From positions 1 to 42,059 of the IMG/VR virus record IMGVR_UViG_3300028586_000376: a stretch of DNA of 42,059 nucleotides. The stretch is one strand, 5' to 3'. A model generated the notes under the pieces. It saw nothing but the letters and a program-made list of their open reading frames with translations. It ran no database searches and was not told where the DNA came from. The translations under genes and the position numbers were made by a program. Source of the DNA: a virus (taxonomy: Duplodnaviria; Caudoviricetes). Each line of letters begins with the position of its first letter. Within the stretch, counting starts at the first letter, position 1. Positions 1 through 8,330 of this stretch are shown one piece after another.

Positions 1-133
1 CATCGACCGGGAAGGGTCGGCCCCTGTCTCGCTCGCTTCGCTCAACGCCTTACTCCGCAACGCTTCGTGGCGCATTGCATAGGCATGCCCGGCGACGTCA
101 TGCAATTGCGCACGATTGTGCTAGCATTGCGTC

Positions 134-547
134 ATGACCGATCCCGGCGATCCGATCGACGCGCGAAAGGGCCATCGCGCCCGGCTGCGCCAGCGCCTGT
201 TCGACGGCGGCGGCGAAGCGCTGCTCGACCACGAACTCATCGAATATCTGCTCGCCGTCGCGATTCCGCGTGGCGACACGAAACTGCTCGCCAAGGCGCT
301 GATGCGCGAGTTCGGCGGTATTGGCGGCGTGCTGACCGCCGATCCGGCAGCGCTCGCGCGCGTCGACGGGATGGGCGACATCGCGACAGCCGCGATCAAG
401 ATCGCGCACGCCGCCGCGATCCGCCTGCTCCAGTCGCACGTCGGCGATCGTCCCGTGCTCGCCAACTGGCAGGCACTGCTCGATTATCTGCGCGCGGACA
501 TGGCGCACCATACGATCGAACGGTTCCGCGTGCTCCACCTCAACACG
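134..547 (+). pseudogene. radC: radC (JAB-domain protein), 5' part, interrupted by the prophage
   Basis: GHRARLRQRL...LLDHELIEYLL...AIPRGDTKLLAKAL...ERFRVLHLNT is the RadC N-terminus. It joins in frame to 41546-41824 (414+279 nt = 231 codons). Confidence 0.95.
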
Positions 548-566
548 TACAACGCCAACTGCTAAA
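541..566 (+). repeat. attL: core CAACACG (541-547) plus phage arm AACTGCTAAA (557-566)
   Basis: The core is repeated at 41539-41545. The arm is the exact reverse complement of TTTAGCAGTT at 41517-41526, so attP would be dyad-symmetric. Confidence 0.9.
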
Positions 567-618
567 AATATCGGTTGCTCTCCTGTTGTCCTGAACGCAG
601 ACGCTTTGGGTTAATAGG

Positions 619-2349
619 ATGCCCAAAATGCCACACGCATACCGCTATCACCGGTTCAGCACTCCCGAGCAAGACACCGGCACATCGCTTGAGCGCCAGC
701 GTCGCGCAACGAAAACCCTATGCGAGAAACACGGCTGGGAAATCAGAGACCCGCCGCTTGAGGACAAGGGACTCAGTGCCTGGAAGGGCGACCATCTGCG
801 TGTTGGTGAACTCGGTCGATTTGCCGAACGTGTAGCAGGGGGCGAAGTCGAACCGGGTAGCATTCTTGTCATCGAGAATTTGGATCGCCTCAGCCGCGAG
901 AAGCTGAAGAAGGCTCGTCGCTGGATCGAGGATATCAACGAAGCAGGCATAACGGTTGCTGTCTGCTCACCGGAATTGCTGCTCGACGAAGAAGCCATGA
1001 GCGGCAGCAACATGGGTACGATGGTCCTGTACCTGATGGAAGCAGGACGCGGCCTTGGTGAAAGCAACCGCAAAAGCGACCTTCTGCTCGCGGCTCAGGA
1101 ACGCCGCATGGAGGACGCGCGCAAGCAGATCATTTATACCAGTCGAATGCCATCATGGTTAACGGGAACCAAGGGCGGCAAATTCGAGGTGATCGAGGAA
1201 CGTGCTCAGGTCATTAGGGACATCTACAGCTGGTGCGCCGAGGGGCTGGGCTTTCAAGCCATAACCAAGCTGCTCAACGATAGCGTTGAGCCGTGGACTG
1301 AACCTCAGAAGAAAAGCACTGCCACTTGGAAATCCGGTTACATCCGAGACATCCTGACCAAGCCGCTCGTTGAGGGCGAGTACCATCGCCGCACAGGTGA
1401 CGCCCGCCAGCTAACCGGTGAAGTCATCGACTACTATCCCAGGATCGTCCCTGCCGAGTTGGTAGCCAGGGCGCGAGCAGCAATGCGCGATCGATCCACC
1501 ACCGGCCCCAACCACCATGAGGCTCGCAACCTGTTTTCCGGCCTGCTCCAGTGCGGCCATTGCGGTGACACCATGGTCCGCGTTGTCAGTCGCGCGAAGG
1601 GCAAGGAGTATGAACACCTCAAATGCCTGCGCTACAATAACGCGGGTGCGCCAGTCGCAGGTGATCCCGAGGAAAAGAACGCGCGTCGTTGCGTGAATAG
1701 CACCTACTATCGGTACGATGCCTTTGAACGCGCTGCGCTGGACCAGATTCTCCACCTCGCGCTTGATAACACCTACTTCACTCGTCCCGACCTAACCGCA
1801 CCACTCGTAGTGGAGGTTGCTCAGCTGACCAAAGACCTGGAAACCCTGCTGGCCAAACAGCGCCGGTACATGACGTGGATCGAAGAGGACGACGAAGCCA
1901 CCGAAGCCAAGGACATGCTTCGCGAAATGCGCCCTGCCGTCGCAGCGGTGCGCCTCAAGTTGGAGCAAGCCAAGCTGTCATTGGAACGGGCCAGAGGAAA
2001 CGTCAGCCCCGATGAACACCTGCGTCGTGTCCTAGAGGTAAAAGATGCCATCTACAGCGAGGATGCTGAAACCCGACAGGCTGCTCGCCGTCGTGTGGCT
2101 GAGGCAGTCCGCAGCGTCGTGAGCGTGGCCACGTTTCGACGTGATTATGTGGAGGGTAAACGCACTCCAGTGCGGCAATCTATTCTCGCGCTCGCGGGTG
2201 GCGCGCTGTCCTACCAGTTCAGCAACGATGGCCAGCTTATCGGCAAAGCGGACTTCACCAGCGCAATGGATCAGTTTGGTAGCACCAACACAGGTGCCGA
2301 GGATGTCGTACCGACCATTCGGGAACGCGCACAGGCGCAGCAGTCATAA
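619..2349 (+). CDS. Large serine recombinase (integrase)
   Basis: YHRFSTPEQ (catalytic Ser), ENLDRLSR, recombinase domain, zinc ribbon LLQCGHCG, coiled coil; adjacent to attL. Confidence 0.95.
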   Translation: MPKMPHAYRYHRFSTPEQDTGTSLERQRRATKTLCEKHGWEIRDPPLEDKGLSAWKGDHLRVGELGRFAERVAGGEVEPGSILVIENLDRLSREKLKKARRWIEDINEAGITVAVCSPELLLDEEAMSGSNMGTMVLYLMEAGRGLGESNRKSDLLLAAQERRMEDARKQIIYTSRMPSWLTGTKGGKFEVIEERAQVIRDIYSWCAEGLGFQAITKLLNDSVEPWTEPQKKSTATWKSGYIRDILTKPLVEGEYHRRTGDARQLTGEVIDYYPRIVPAELVARARAAMRDRSTTGPNHHEARNLFSGLLQCGHCGDTMVRVVSRAKGKEYEHLKCLRYNNAGAPVAGDPEEKNARRCVNSTYYRYDAFERAALDQILHLALDNTYFTRPDLTAPLVVEVAQLTKDLETLLAKQRRYMTWIEEDDEATEAKDMLREMRPAVAAVRLKLEQAKLSLERARGNVSPDEHLRRVLEVKDAIYSEDAETRQAARRRVAEAVRSVVSVATFRRDYVEGKRTPVRQSILALAGGALSYQFSNDGQLIGKADFTSAMDQFGSTNTGAEDVVPTIRERAQAQQS

Positions 2350-2353
2350 GAAT

Positions 2354-2380
2354 GGGAGGGTGTCTGCTCCTCACCCTCCC
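2354..2380. terminator. Hairpin between convergent genes after the integrase
   Basis: GGGAGGGTG / CACCCTCCC 9-bp stem. Confidence 0.6.
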
Positions 2381-2403
2381 CTTGCCTGCCCAGTAATTAA
2401 ATC

Positions 2404-2532
2404 TCAGGGCCTCTTATAGCCCCGACGTTCCAAGTATGCCCCCAGCGCACCATGGCGCTCTAGCGGGATCGCAGGGGGTCTTTGCTTGAGGAAGCGCAGC
2501 AAGCGCGGGTTAGCTTTGCTGATCGGCAGCAT
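2404..2532 (-). CDS. Small basic hypothetical protein (42 aa, MLPISKANPRLLRF...)
   Basis: Translated by hand. Its ATG overlaps the stop of the upstream ORF (TAATG coupling). Confidence 0.4.
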   Translation of the reverse strand: MLPISKANPRLLRFLKQRPPAIPLERHGALGAYLERRGYKRP

Positions 2533-2720
2533 TAGCAGCGCGGCAGCTTGTGACGGGCATTGCCTACGTGAACGACGAAGTGGCTGCGCTTGCGCTCGCA
2601 GTAAACGCGCACACCCTCGAACGGAACTGCCCAGGCATCGTCCTCAAACTCAGCCGAGTAGTCGAAGGTGTTGAGTGCGTAGTTAGCGAAAGCTGCGAGG
2701 TCGATCTGGTTGTTGAACAC
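2532..2720 (-). CDS. Small hypothetical protein (62 aa, starts VFNNQIDL)
   Basis: GTG preceded by AGGAG Shine-Dalgarno; lies within track ORF 2532..2795. Confidence 0.5.
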   Translation of the reverse strand: MFNNQIDLAAFANYALNTFDYSAEFEDDAWAVPFEGVRVYCERKRSHFVVHVGNARHKLPRC

Positions 2721-2882
2721 GTTGCGTCTCCTTCCCCAGTTATCTGCTTCCAGAGTAGGAGGAGAGCGAGCAAAGAGTTCAACGACTCGTCGCAATATAC
2801 TCAGTACATTCTAGATGAATCAGTGGTTGATTTGCTTCCGTATTGGCTTCGTATGTTCTGGTGGCAACAAGGAGCAAGCCAC

Positions 2883-3260
2883 ATGGATAACAAGCAGTTT
2901 GCGTTTGTGGATGTGATATCACCGGAGGCAATTCAACAACTCATCAACAACCACGTCGAGCAACAGCCCCTCAAGGGTACGCGCGGCGAACGTGACTTCC
3001 CGCCAGTATGTAAGCTGTTCCTACCCTGGACCTCGGGGACCTGGTTGCTGACGGAACTGGACCCCGATGATGGGCTGGCATTCGGGCTCGGTGATCTGGG
3101 ATTTGGTACGCCGGAACTGGGCTACATCAGCCTGGACGAGATATACGAGATAACGGGACCGGCAGGGTTGAAGGTGGAGCAGGACATTCACTTTACGGCG
3201 TCCAAGCCACTCAGCCAGTACGCAACCGAAGCCCGCGAGCATGGGCATATCAGGGCCTAG
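2883..3260 (+). CDS. DUF2958-like protein
   Basis: PVCKLFLPW..GTWLLTELDP...AFGLGDLGFGTPELGYISLDEI signature; AGGAG SD before ATG 2883. Confidence 0.8.
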   Translation: MDNKQFAFVDVISPEAIQQLINNHVEQQPLKGTRGERDFPPVCKLFLPWTSGTWLLTELDPDDGLAFGLGDLGFGTPELGYISLDEIYEITGPAGLKVEQDIHFTASKPLSQYATEAREHGHIRA

Positions 3261-3308
3261 GTAAATAGCTGGCGCTGGTTTCTGTCAGTAACAGCGTCAT
3301 TGTAACGG

Positions 3309-3396
3309 GAGCCGGGATGCCAAGCGCGTCCCGGCTCTTCCCATGAGCAGCGCAGGTGGAAAAGACACGGAAAAGCCCCGGCATCACTGCCGGGGC
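3309..3396. terminator. Two hairpins between convergent genes
   Basis: Stems 3309-3320/3326-3337 and 3375-3383/3388-3396; the second has a T-tract on the minus strand. Confidence 0.65.
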
Positions 3397-3419
3397 GGGG
3401 TATCACTAGGAGTGAGGTG

Positions 3420-3827
3420 TTACGCTGCGGGCTCAGCGGCCTTTTTGCGCGTCTCGCTCATCCGCTTGCTGCGGTCGCGCACCTTGCCCTCGATGGTATC
3501 AAGCTGCGCTTTGAAGTCCCCCTTGGCTACGTCGGCACGGATGCCCGCCATGACGTCCAGGAACTGCGCTTTAGGAACAGCCATCTGCTTTTCCTCGCCG
3601 ACCAGTTTGAGCGCGCTGTTGGCGTAGCGGATCGTGAACCCCACGTTGTCACCCTCTAGGGTGAACCACCGCTTGCCCTCCGTGTTGGGCTTCTTGAACA
3701 ATTCGATCTGCTTGTCGATGCTTGCCACTAGAACATCTGCTGCGCCGCGAGCCTTTCCGCCAGCAGCTTTGCTGAAGCCCTCAACAGTGTGCGCGGGCTT
3801 TACGATTGTTTTCCAGGAAGCTGCCAT
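3420..3827 (-). CDS. Hypothetical protein (135 aa, basic)
   Basis: Clean ORF with AGGAG SD and a downstream terminator. Confidence 0.75.
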   Translation of the reverse strand: MAASWKTIVKPAHTVEGFSKAAGGKARGAADVLVASIDKQIELFKKPNTEGKRWFTLEGDNVGFTIRYANSALKLVGEEKQMAVPKAQFLDVMAGIRADVAKGDFKAQLDTIEGKVRDRSKRMSETRKKAAEPAA

Positions 3828-3907
3828 TTCAATTACTCCTTTGTTGGCGTTTACGCCGTTCCATCTATCAAGCGCCTCTATGAATAGAGAGCAACCAGTC
3901 TTTTCAA

Positions 3908-4432
3908 TTAGTTGAACATCGCGTTGCGTAGCATTGCGTCCGTTACGCCGATGTAGCTTTGCGTCGTTGCGATGCTGCTATGGCCGAGCATTGCGCTAAC
4001 AACGGCGATGTTGACGTTGCGGTCGACCATGCTCGTAGCAAGCGTCCGACGACCCGAGTAGCACGAGCCCTCAACGTCAGCTTGCTTGTAGAGCCGGCGC
4101 AGCGCTTCGCTGATGCCGTTGGCCGTGAACGCGTTGCCCTGCTTGTTTAGGAACACGCGCCCTACGTTGCCCCGCATGTGGGCCTTAACCGCTGCCTGTA
4201 TTTCCTCGCTGATGGGCAAGGAACGCCCCTGCTTGCGCTTGGAATGCCCGACCGGGATGCGCAGTTCTTCGCCCCGGAACCAAGAGCTTTCCAGGCCCGC
4301 CAACTCCATCGGGCGCAATCCCAAGCGCACACTCAGCAGCAACATAAAACGATACATTGCTGGGCGTGAGGACTGAGCAGCTTTGTCAAAGACTTTGTTG
4401 AACTCATCACCAGTTTTGATCGGGGCGCGCAT
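3908..4432 (-). CDS. Minimal tyrosine recombinase (catalytic domain only)
   Basis: GLRPMEL (R), SK (K), YSGRRT (HxxR position), LGHSS..TTQSY (H, Y); only 174 aa. Confidence 0.85.
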   Translation of the reverse strand: MRAPIKTGDEFNKVFDKAAQSSRPAMYRFMLLLSVRLGLRPMELAGLESSWFRGEELRIPVGHSKRKQGRSLPISEEIQAAVKAHMRGNVGRVFLNKQGNAFTANGISEALRRLYKQADVEGSCYSGRRTLATSMVDRNVNIAVVSAMLGHSSIATTQSYIGVTDAMLRNAMFN

Positions 4433-4513
4433 TGCTGAACTCCTTGTTGCTCAGCTTGTCTGCTGCCTTCCTATCCCAGTGTCATCCTAAACCAGATCAA
4501 ATGCGACGAGCTG

Positions 4514-5026
4514 TTAATCCAATCCAAGCAATGCCCGCTGTACGCGAATTTCAGTATCCGCAACTCGCTTCGCCACCGCCTTACAACGAAGTCCAATCAT
4601 GACACTAAGGTATGAGAATATGATCACGGGTAGAGCCAAGTAGAAAGCAATAATGAATAGCACCCCCGATCGCAGTGCTTTTTGGTCTTGCCAGACTGTC
4701 GTGTAGCAAAAGTAACCAAGGCTAATAAGGAAGAGTGCGAATACGCTGATTAAGAGGCGACGGTTTAGGTCATGGAAGCCAATCTCAAGCCCTCCAACGC
4801 TACCGGACAGCCGCCTGACGTTTTGTCGCTCAGAATTGATCCGTGCTCCATTGACCGACCGCTTCAACGTCTCAACCCGTCGGTTGAGGCCGGCGATGCC
4901 TGTTGCCGAAAGCGCTTGAATCACACCCAGGGCGAGATACAGTCCGATCCCTACCGTTTGGACGTTGGCCATTTGCGCAAAAGTCAGCCCAACATCTATG
5001 TTAAGCCAGGTCAGTAAATCGCACAC
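4514..5026 (-). CDS. Membrane protein, about 3 hydrophobic segments; start uncertain
   Basis: Hydrophobic stretches VGIGLYLALGVI, LLISVFALFLISLGYF, GVLFIIAFYLALPVIIF. Confidence 0.65.
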   Translation of the reverse strand: MCDLLTWLNIDVGLTFAQMANVQTVGIGLYLALGVIQALSATGIAGLNRRVETLKRSVNGARINSERQNVRRLSGSVGGLEIGFHDLNRRLLISVFALFLISLGYFCYTTVWQDQKALRSGVLFIIAFYLALPVIIFSYLSVMIGLRCKAVAKRVADTEIRVQRALLGLD

Positions 5027-6166
5027 GTGAAGCTCCCCGCCGCCGCCCTGAATAACGTCCTTAGAGCGCGAGGCCTGGACGTGGCTACTCTCGCGCTCCG
5101 ATCAGGCGTGTCAGAGGCTCGCCTTAAAAAGGGCCTCGCCGCGGATGTTGAGTGGAAAGATGACGATGTTTCCGCGATCGCGTCTGAGCTGGCTGTTCCC
5201 GTTCAAGCCCTTTTTTCCAATGGCCCGCTTCCACTCTTTCCGGCTGTAGATTTTCGTTCCGCCACCCCCGGTGTCGGCGAATTCGAACGCGGGACCCTTC
5301 AAGCGATCGGCTTCGTAGAGCGCTTATCGAGCACGTTTGCCGCTTTGAAGATGGATGTAAGCCTTGACGACACCGTCAAAGAGTATCGCACCACGACGTA
5401 CTCGCAAGACGAGGCCGTCAAGCTGGCAGCACAATGGCGGAAAAACTGGGGCATAAAAGATAGCGATCAGATTGAATGGCAGAATGCCAACAAACTCTAT
5501 GTAAGCCTTCGAACTTACATTGAGGATCTCGGAGTTCTGGTCGTCCATCGCCAGTTCAAAACAGACGAAGCGGCGGGGATGTACGTTCATGTCGACGGCG
5601 GTCCACATACGATCGTCATAAACACGACGGGAAGTAGCAAGGCACGGAAGCTGTTTACGCTTGCGCATGAATTTGGTCATGTGCTGTTGCGCGCCGAAGG
5701 CGCAAGCAACCCGTCAGTACTTAAGAATCGAATAGAGCGGTTTTGTAATCGGTTTGCGGCATGCTTGTTGGCACCGAAGCGATTGATCAAGAAGGCTCTT
5801 CAGGCCTTTCGATACACGCCTATCGCCGACGACGATTGGATACGCCTGTTCGCCAAAAAGATCGGCCTCAGTCAGGAAGCAACCTACCTTCGGCTGGTTG
5901 AAACTGATTACTTGACGCGCAGCGACTACGTTCGCTGGAAATCCAAGTTCAATAACGTCAATCATGTGCCCACTGGCGACCAAAGCGATGGCGGCGGCGG
6001 GGGCGGGACCGCTGATCCAATCAGGGACAAGCAGACACAATACGGTTCTGCGCTGCTTGGACTTCTTGGGCGAGCGAGGCGCGACGGTCAGCTAGATGAG
6101 ATAGACATCTATCGCCTTTCTGGCCTTAAGCCAAAATACCAAGATCAGCTGTTCGGGGTTGCCTAG
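5027..6166 (+). CDS. HTH + ImmA/IrrE-family zinc metallopeptidase fusion
   Basis: N-terminal XRE-like HTH; RKLFTLAHEFGH (HExxH) and ERFCNRFAACLLAP. Confidence 0.9.
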   Translation: MKLPAAALNNVLRARGLDVATLALRSGVSEARLKKGLAADVEWKDDDVSAIASELAVPVQALFSNGPLPLFPAVDFRSATPGVGEFERGTLQAIGFVERLSSTFAALKMDVSLDDTVKEYRTTTYSQDEAVKLAAQWRKNWGIKDSDQIEWQNANKLYVSLRTYIEDLGVLVVHRQFKTDEAAGMYVHVDGGPHTIVINTTGSSKARKLFTLAHEFGHVLLRAEGASNPSVLKNRIERFCNRFAACLLAPKRLIKKALQAFRYTPIADDDWIRLFAKKIGLSQEATYLRLVETDYLTRSDYVRWKSKFNNVNHVPTGDQSDGGGGGGTADPIRDKQTQYGSALLGLLGRARRDGQLDEIDIYRLSGLKPKYQDQLFGVA

Positions 6167-6169
6167 CGA

Positions 6170-6613
6170 ATGGCGTCCCCACCCAAGAGCAAGCCGGTGC
6201 CTAAGTGGGTGATCGACCTACACGGTATTAAAGAAGCGCTTACCACCAGATCGAACGCGCGAGCGCGCATCATTGACGCAATTGAATGTGGCGAGATGCT
6301 CGTGCTGCGGTCCGTTCAAGACGAACTGAAGGCTGCGTATGAGCACCTTTGGGCCGACTTCATGGCTATCAAGCCTCGGAAATATACAGACGCGAACATG
6401 GCTGTTTCCGCTATCGCCGCTCAATTACAGGCAACGCATGGCTCATCACCATTAGGAGGCATACCGGACTTTGCGCACTTTGAAGCGGTAGCACTCGCTC
6501 GATCGTTGAAATGTAAGCTCGTATCGGCTGGTAAGGGGCTGTCTGATTGCTGCGATATTGCGAAGAAGGGAGGCCTTCCCAGCACCACCGTCCAAAGCAT
6601 AAGCGACGTTTAA
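6170..6613 (+). CDS. PIN-fold / DUF4411-like protein
   Basis: WVID first strand, VQDEL, AVALARSLKCKLVS; 3 nt after the ImmA/IrrE gene, a known pairing. Some PIN acidic residues look degenerate. Confidence 0.6.
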   Translation: MASPPKSKPVPKWVIDLHGIKEALTTRSNARARIIDAIECGEMLVLRSVQDELKAAYEHLWADFMAIKPRKYTDANMAVSAIAAQLQATHGSSPLGGIPDFAHFEAVALARSLKCKLVSAGKGLSDCCDIAKKGGLPSTTVQSISDV

Positions 6614-6701
6614 ATATATGCGGATATCAAGCCAATAAGCTGCCTGGGTTGCCAGCAGCCGATCCAATACCTAGATGCGCCTCCAGAATTGGAGCCCATC
6701 T

Positions 6702-7205
6702 ATGTCCGACAATACCATTGAACTGAATTCCGTCGAACTCGCCACCGAACTGACGATCGCTTGGCTCAGCAACCCCAACACGCGCACCAATGCTGACGAC
6801 GTTCCGGCGTTCCTGAACAAAATGTACGAAACTGCTAGCGCGCTCGTCACCGGCAACGCAACGGCTGCTGAGCCCGACGCAGCGGCGCAGGAACACACGC
6901 CAGCCGTGACGGCGCGTAAATCGCTGGCCAGCCAGGATCACATCATCAGCATGATCGATGGCAAGAAGTACAAGACGCTGCGTCGTCACCTCGCCACGAA
7001 TGGCCTTACTCCTGAGCAGTACCGGGAGCGGTACAACCTCAAGGCTGATTATCCCATGGTTGCTCCCACGTACTCGGAAGCACGTCGCACGATGGCCAAG
7101 AGCATTGGTCTGGGACGCAAGCCCGGTCAGACCGTCGCACCTAAGGCAGACACCAAGCCAGCAGCGGCACCCCGCAAGCGCAAAGATGACGACGCAGCGG
7201 AATAA
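6702..7205 (+). CDS. mucR: Ros/MucR family transcriptional regulator
   Basis: PAVTARKSL..DHIISMIDGKKYKTLRRHL...GLTPEQYRERYNLKADYPMVAPTYSEARRTMAKSIGLGRK. Confidence 0.95.
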   Translation: MSDNTIELNSVELATELTIAWLSNPNTRTNADDVPAFLNKMYETASALVTGNATAAEPDAAAQEHTPAVTARKSLASQDHIISMIDGKKYKTLRRHLATNGLTPEQYRERYNLKADYPMVAPTYSEARRTMAKSIGLGRKPGQTVAPKADTKPAAAPRKRKDDDAAE

Positions 7206-7212
7206 TTTATGG

Positions 7213-7241
7213 GGCTGGCTTTCGAGAAGAGGGAGCCAGCC
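7213..7241. terminator. Hairpin between convergent genes
   Basis: GGCTGGCTTTC / GGGAGCCAGCC stem. Confidence 0.55.
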
Positions 7242-7246
7242 TACCG

Positions 7247-7555
7247 CTAGCGCTCGTCAGGAGCCGCATTGGCCATCTCTGCCCTCATGCGCTCAGATTT
7301 AGCTCGCAATGCTTCGACCTGAGCCTTCTCGGCATCGTTTCCCGCGCTGGCATAGTAGATGGTGGTTATATCGATGGGATTGCGGCCCAGCTTGAGAACG
7401 ACCTCGCTGCGGAACGAACCACTCCCCCGAATGTCGTTGGGCCCCATGGACTCGCAGCGTAATGCGCCACTGTCTGCCTCGATCCAATATACCAGCGCTG
7501 TGTCTTTGCTCATGAGCCCGAATACCATGACACGCGCAGCGATACGAGTGTACAA
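7247..7555 (-). CDS. Hypothetical protein
   Basis: ORF only; start uncertain. Confidence 0.45.
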   Translation of the reverse strand: MYTRIAARVMVFGLMSKDTALVYWIEADSGALRCESMGPNDIRGSGSFRSEVVLKLGRNPIDITTIYYASAGNDAEKAQVEALRAKSERMRAEMANAAPDER

Positions 7556-7597
7556 CAGTTAACGCTCTGGCGAGACATGGACAGGTAGACGGCTCCC

Positions 7598-8257
7598 ATG
7601 AGCAATATCATCCATGATGCCCTCCAAGCAATTAAGCCCGCGAGCGCACGCCGCCAGCCCAACAGCCAAGGCGTCAAGTACAGCTTCAATTGCCCCATGT
7701 GCCCCAGTCAGGGCACAAGCGCGGACAAACGACAGCGCGGCACGATCTTCCTCAACAATGACGGGTCGGCGGGATACAACTGCTTCAACTGCCACTACTC
7801 GACCCGTCAGATACCCGGCAGGAGGCTCGCGCAAAAGATGGAACGGTTGCTAAGTCAATTGGGCATGAACGCCGAAGAGCTCCAGAAGTTGAGCTTCTCA
7901 CTCTGGCAGATTACGACCGGCAAGCATAGCAGCGCTTCACCAGCAAGCCCGCCACTACCCAGCGATGCCAGACCCATTGGTGCTTGGATCGCGGAGAATA
8001 TAGCTGATTCCAACTTCAACGACCTGCTGATCGACCTAGCGGACATGAGCCCCCGTATCCGCGACAGCTACTATTGGACACCAGACGAAGGTCCGAGTGG
8101 GGATATGAACCGCCGCTACATCTGGTTGATAGGCGATCCCCAGCAACCCGATGCGTGGACGGCTCATGCCATCGATGACGACAACCCAGAGCCCATTGTC
8201 GGCGACACAAACTCGTGGGCAGCCGCAATTGAACGAGACGACAGCTCAAAGAGCTGA
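7598..8257 (+). CDS. Primase-like protein: T4 gp61-type zinc-binding N-terminal half, no TOPRIM domain visible
   Basis: SFNCPMC...DKRQRG...GYNCFNC matches the CxxC...RG...CxNC pattern of T4-type primases. The protein ends at 219 aa without EGxxD/DxD motifs. Confidence 0.65.
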   Translation: MSNIIHDALQAIKPASARRQPNSQGVKYSFNCPMCPSQGTSADKRQRGTIFLNNDGSAGYNCFNCHYSTRQIPGRRLAQKMERLLSQLGMNAEELQKLSFSLWQITTGKHSSASPASPPLPSDARPIGAWIAENIADSNFNDLLIDLADMSPRIRDSYYWTPDEGPSGDMNRRYIWLIGDPQQPDAWTAHAIDDDNPEPIVGDTNSWAAAIERDDSSKS

Positions 8258-8330
8258 CTGCGATCGTCAGTCAAACGAGCCTAAGCCCTCGCGCCCGAAG
8301 ACCTACTAGCCACAAAGCGACTGTTTGTAA

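Noticed and set aside
561-574. GCTAAAAATATCGG near attL resembling GCTAAATATCGG of the tail promoters
   Set aside because: Two extra A residues break the hexamer, and the sequence is explained as the att arm.
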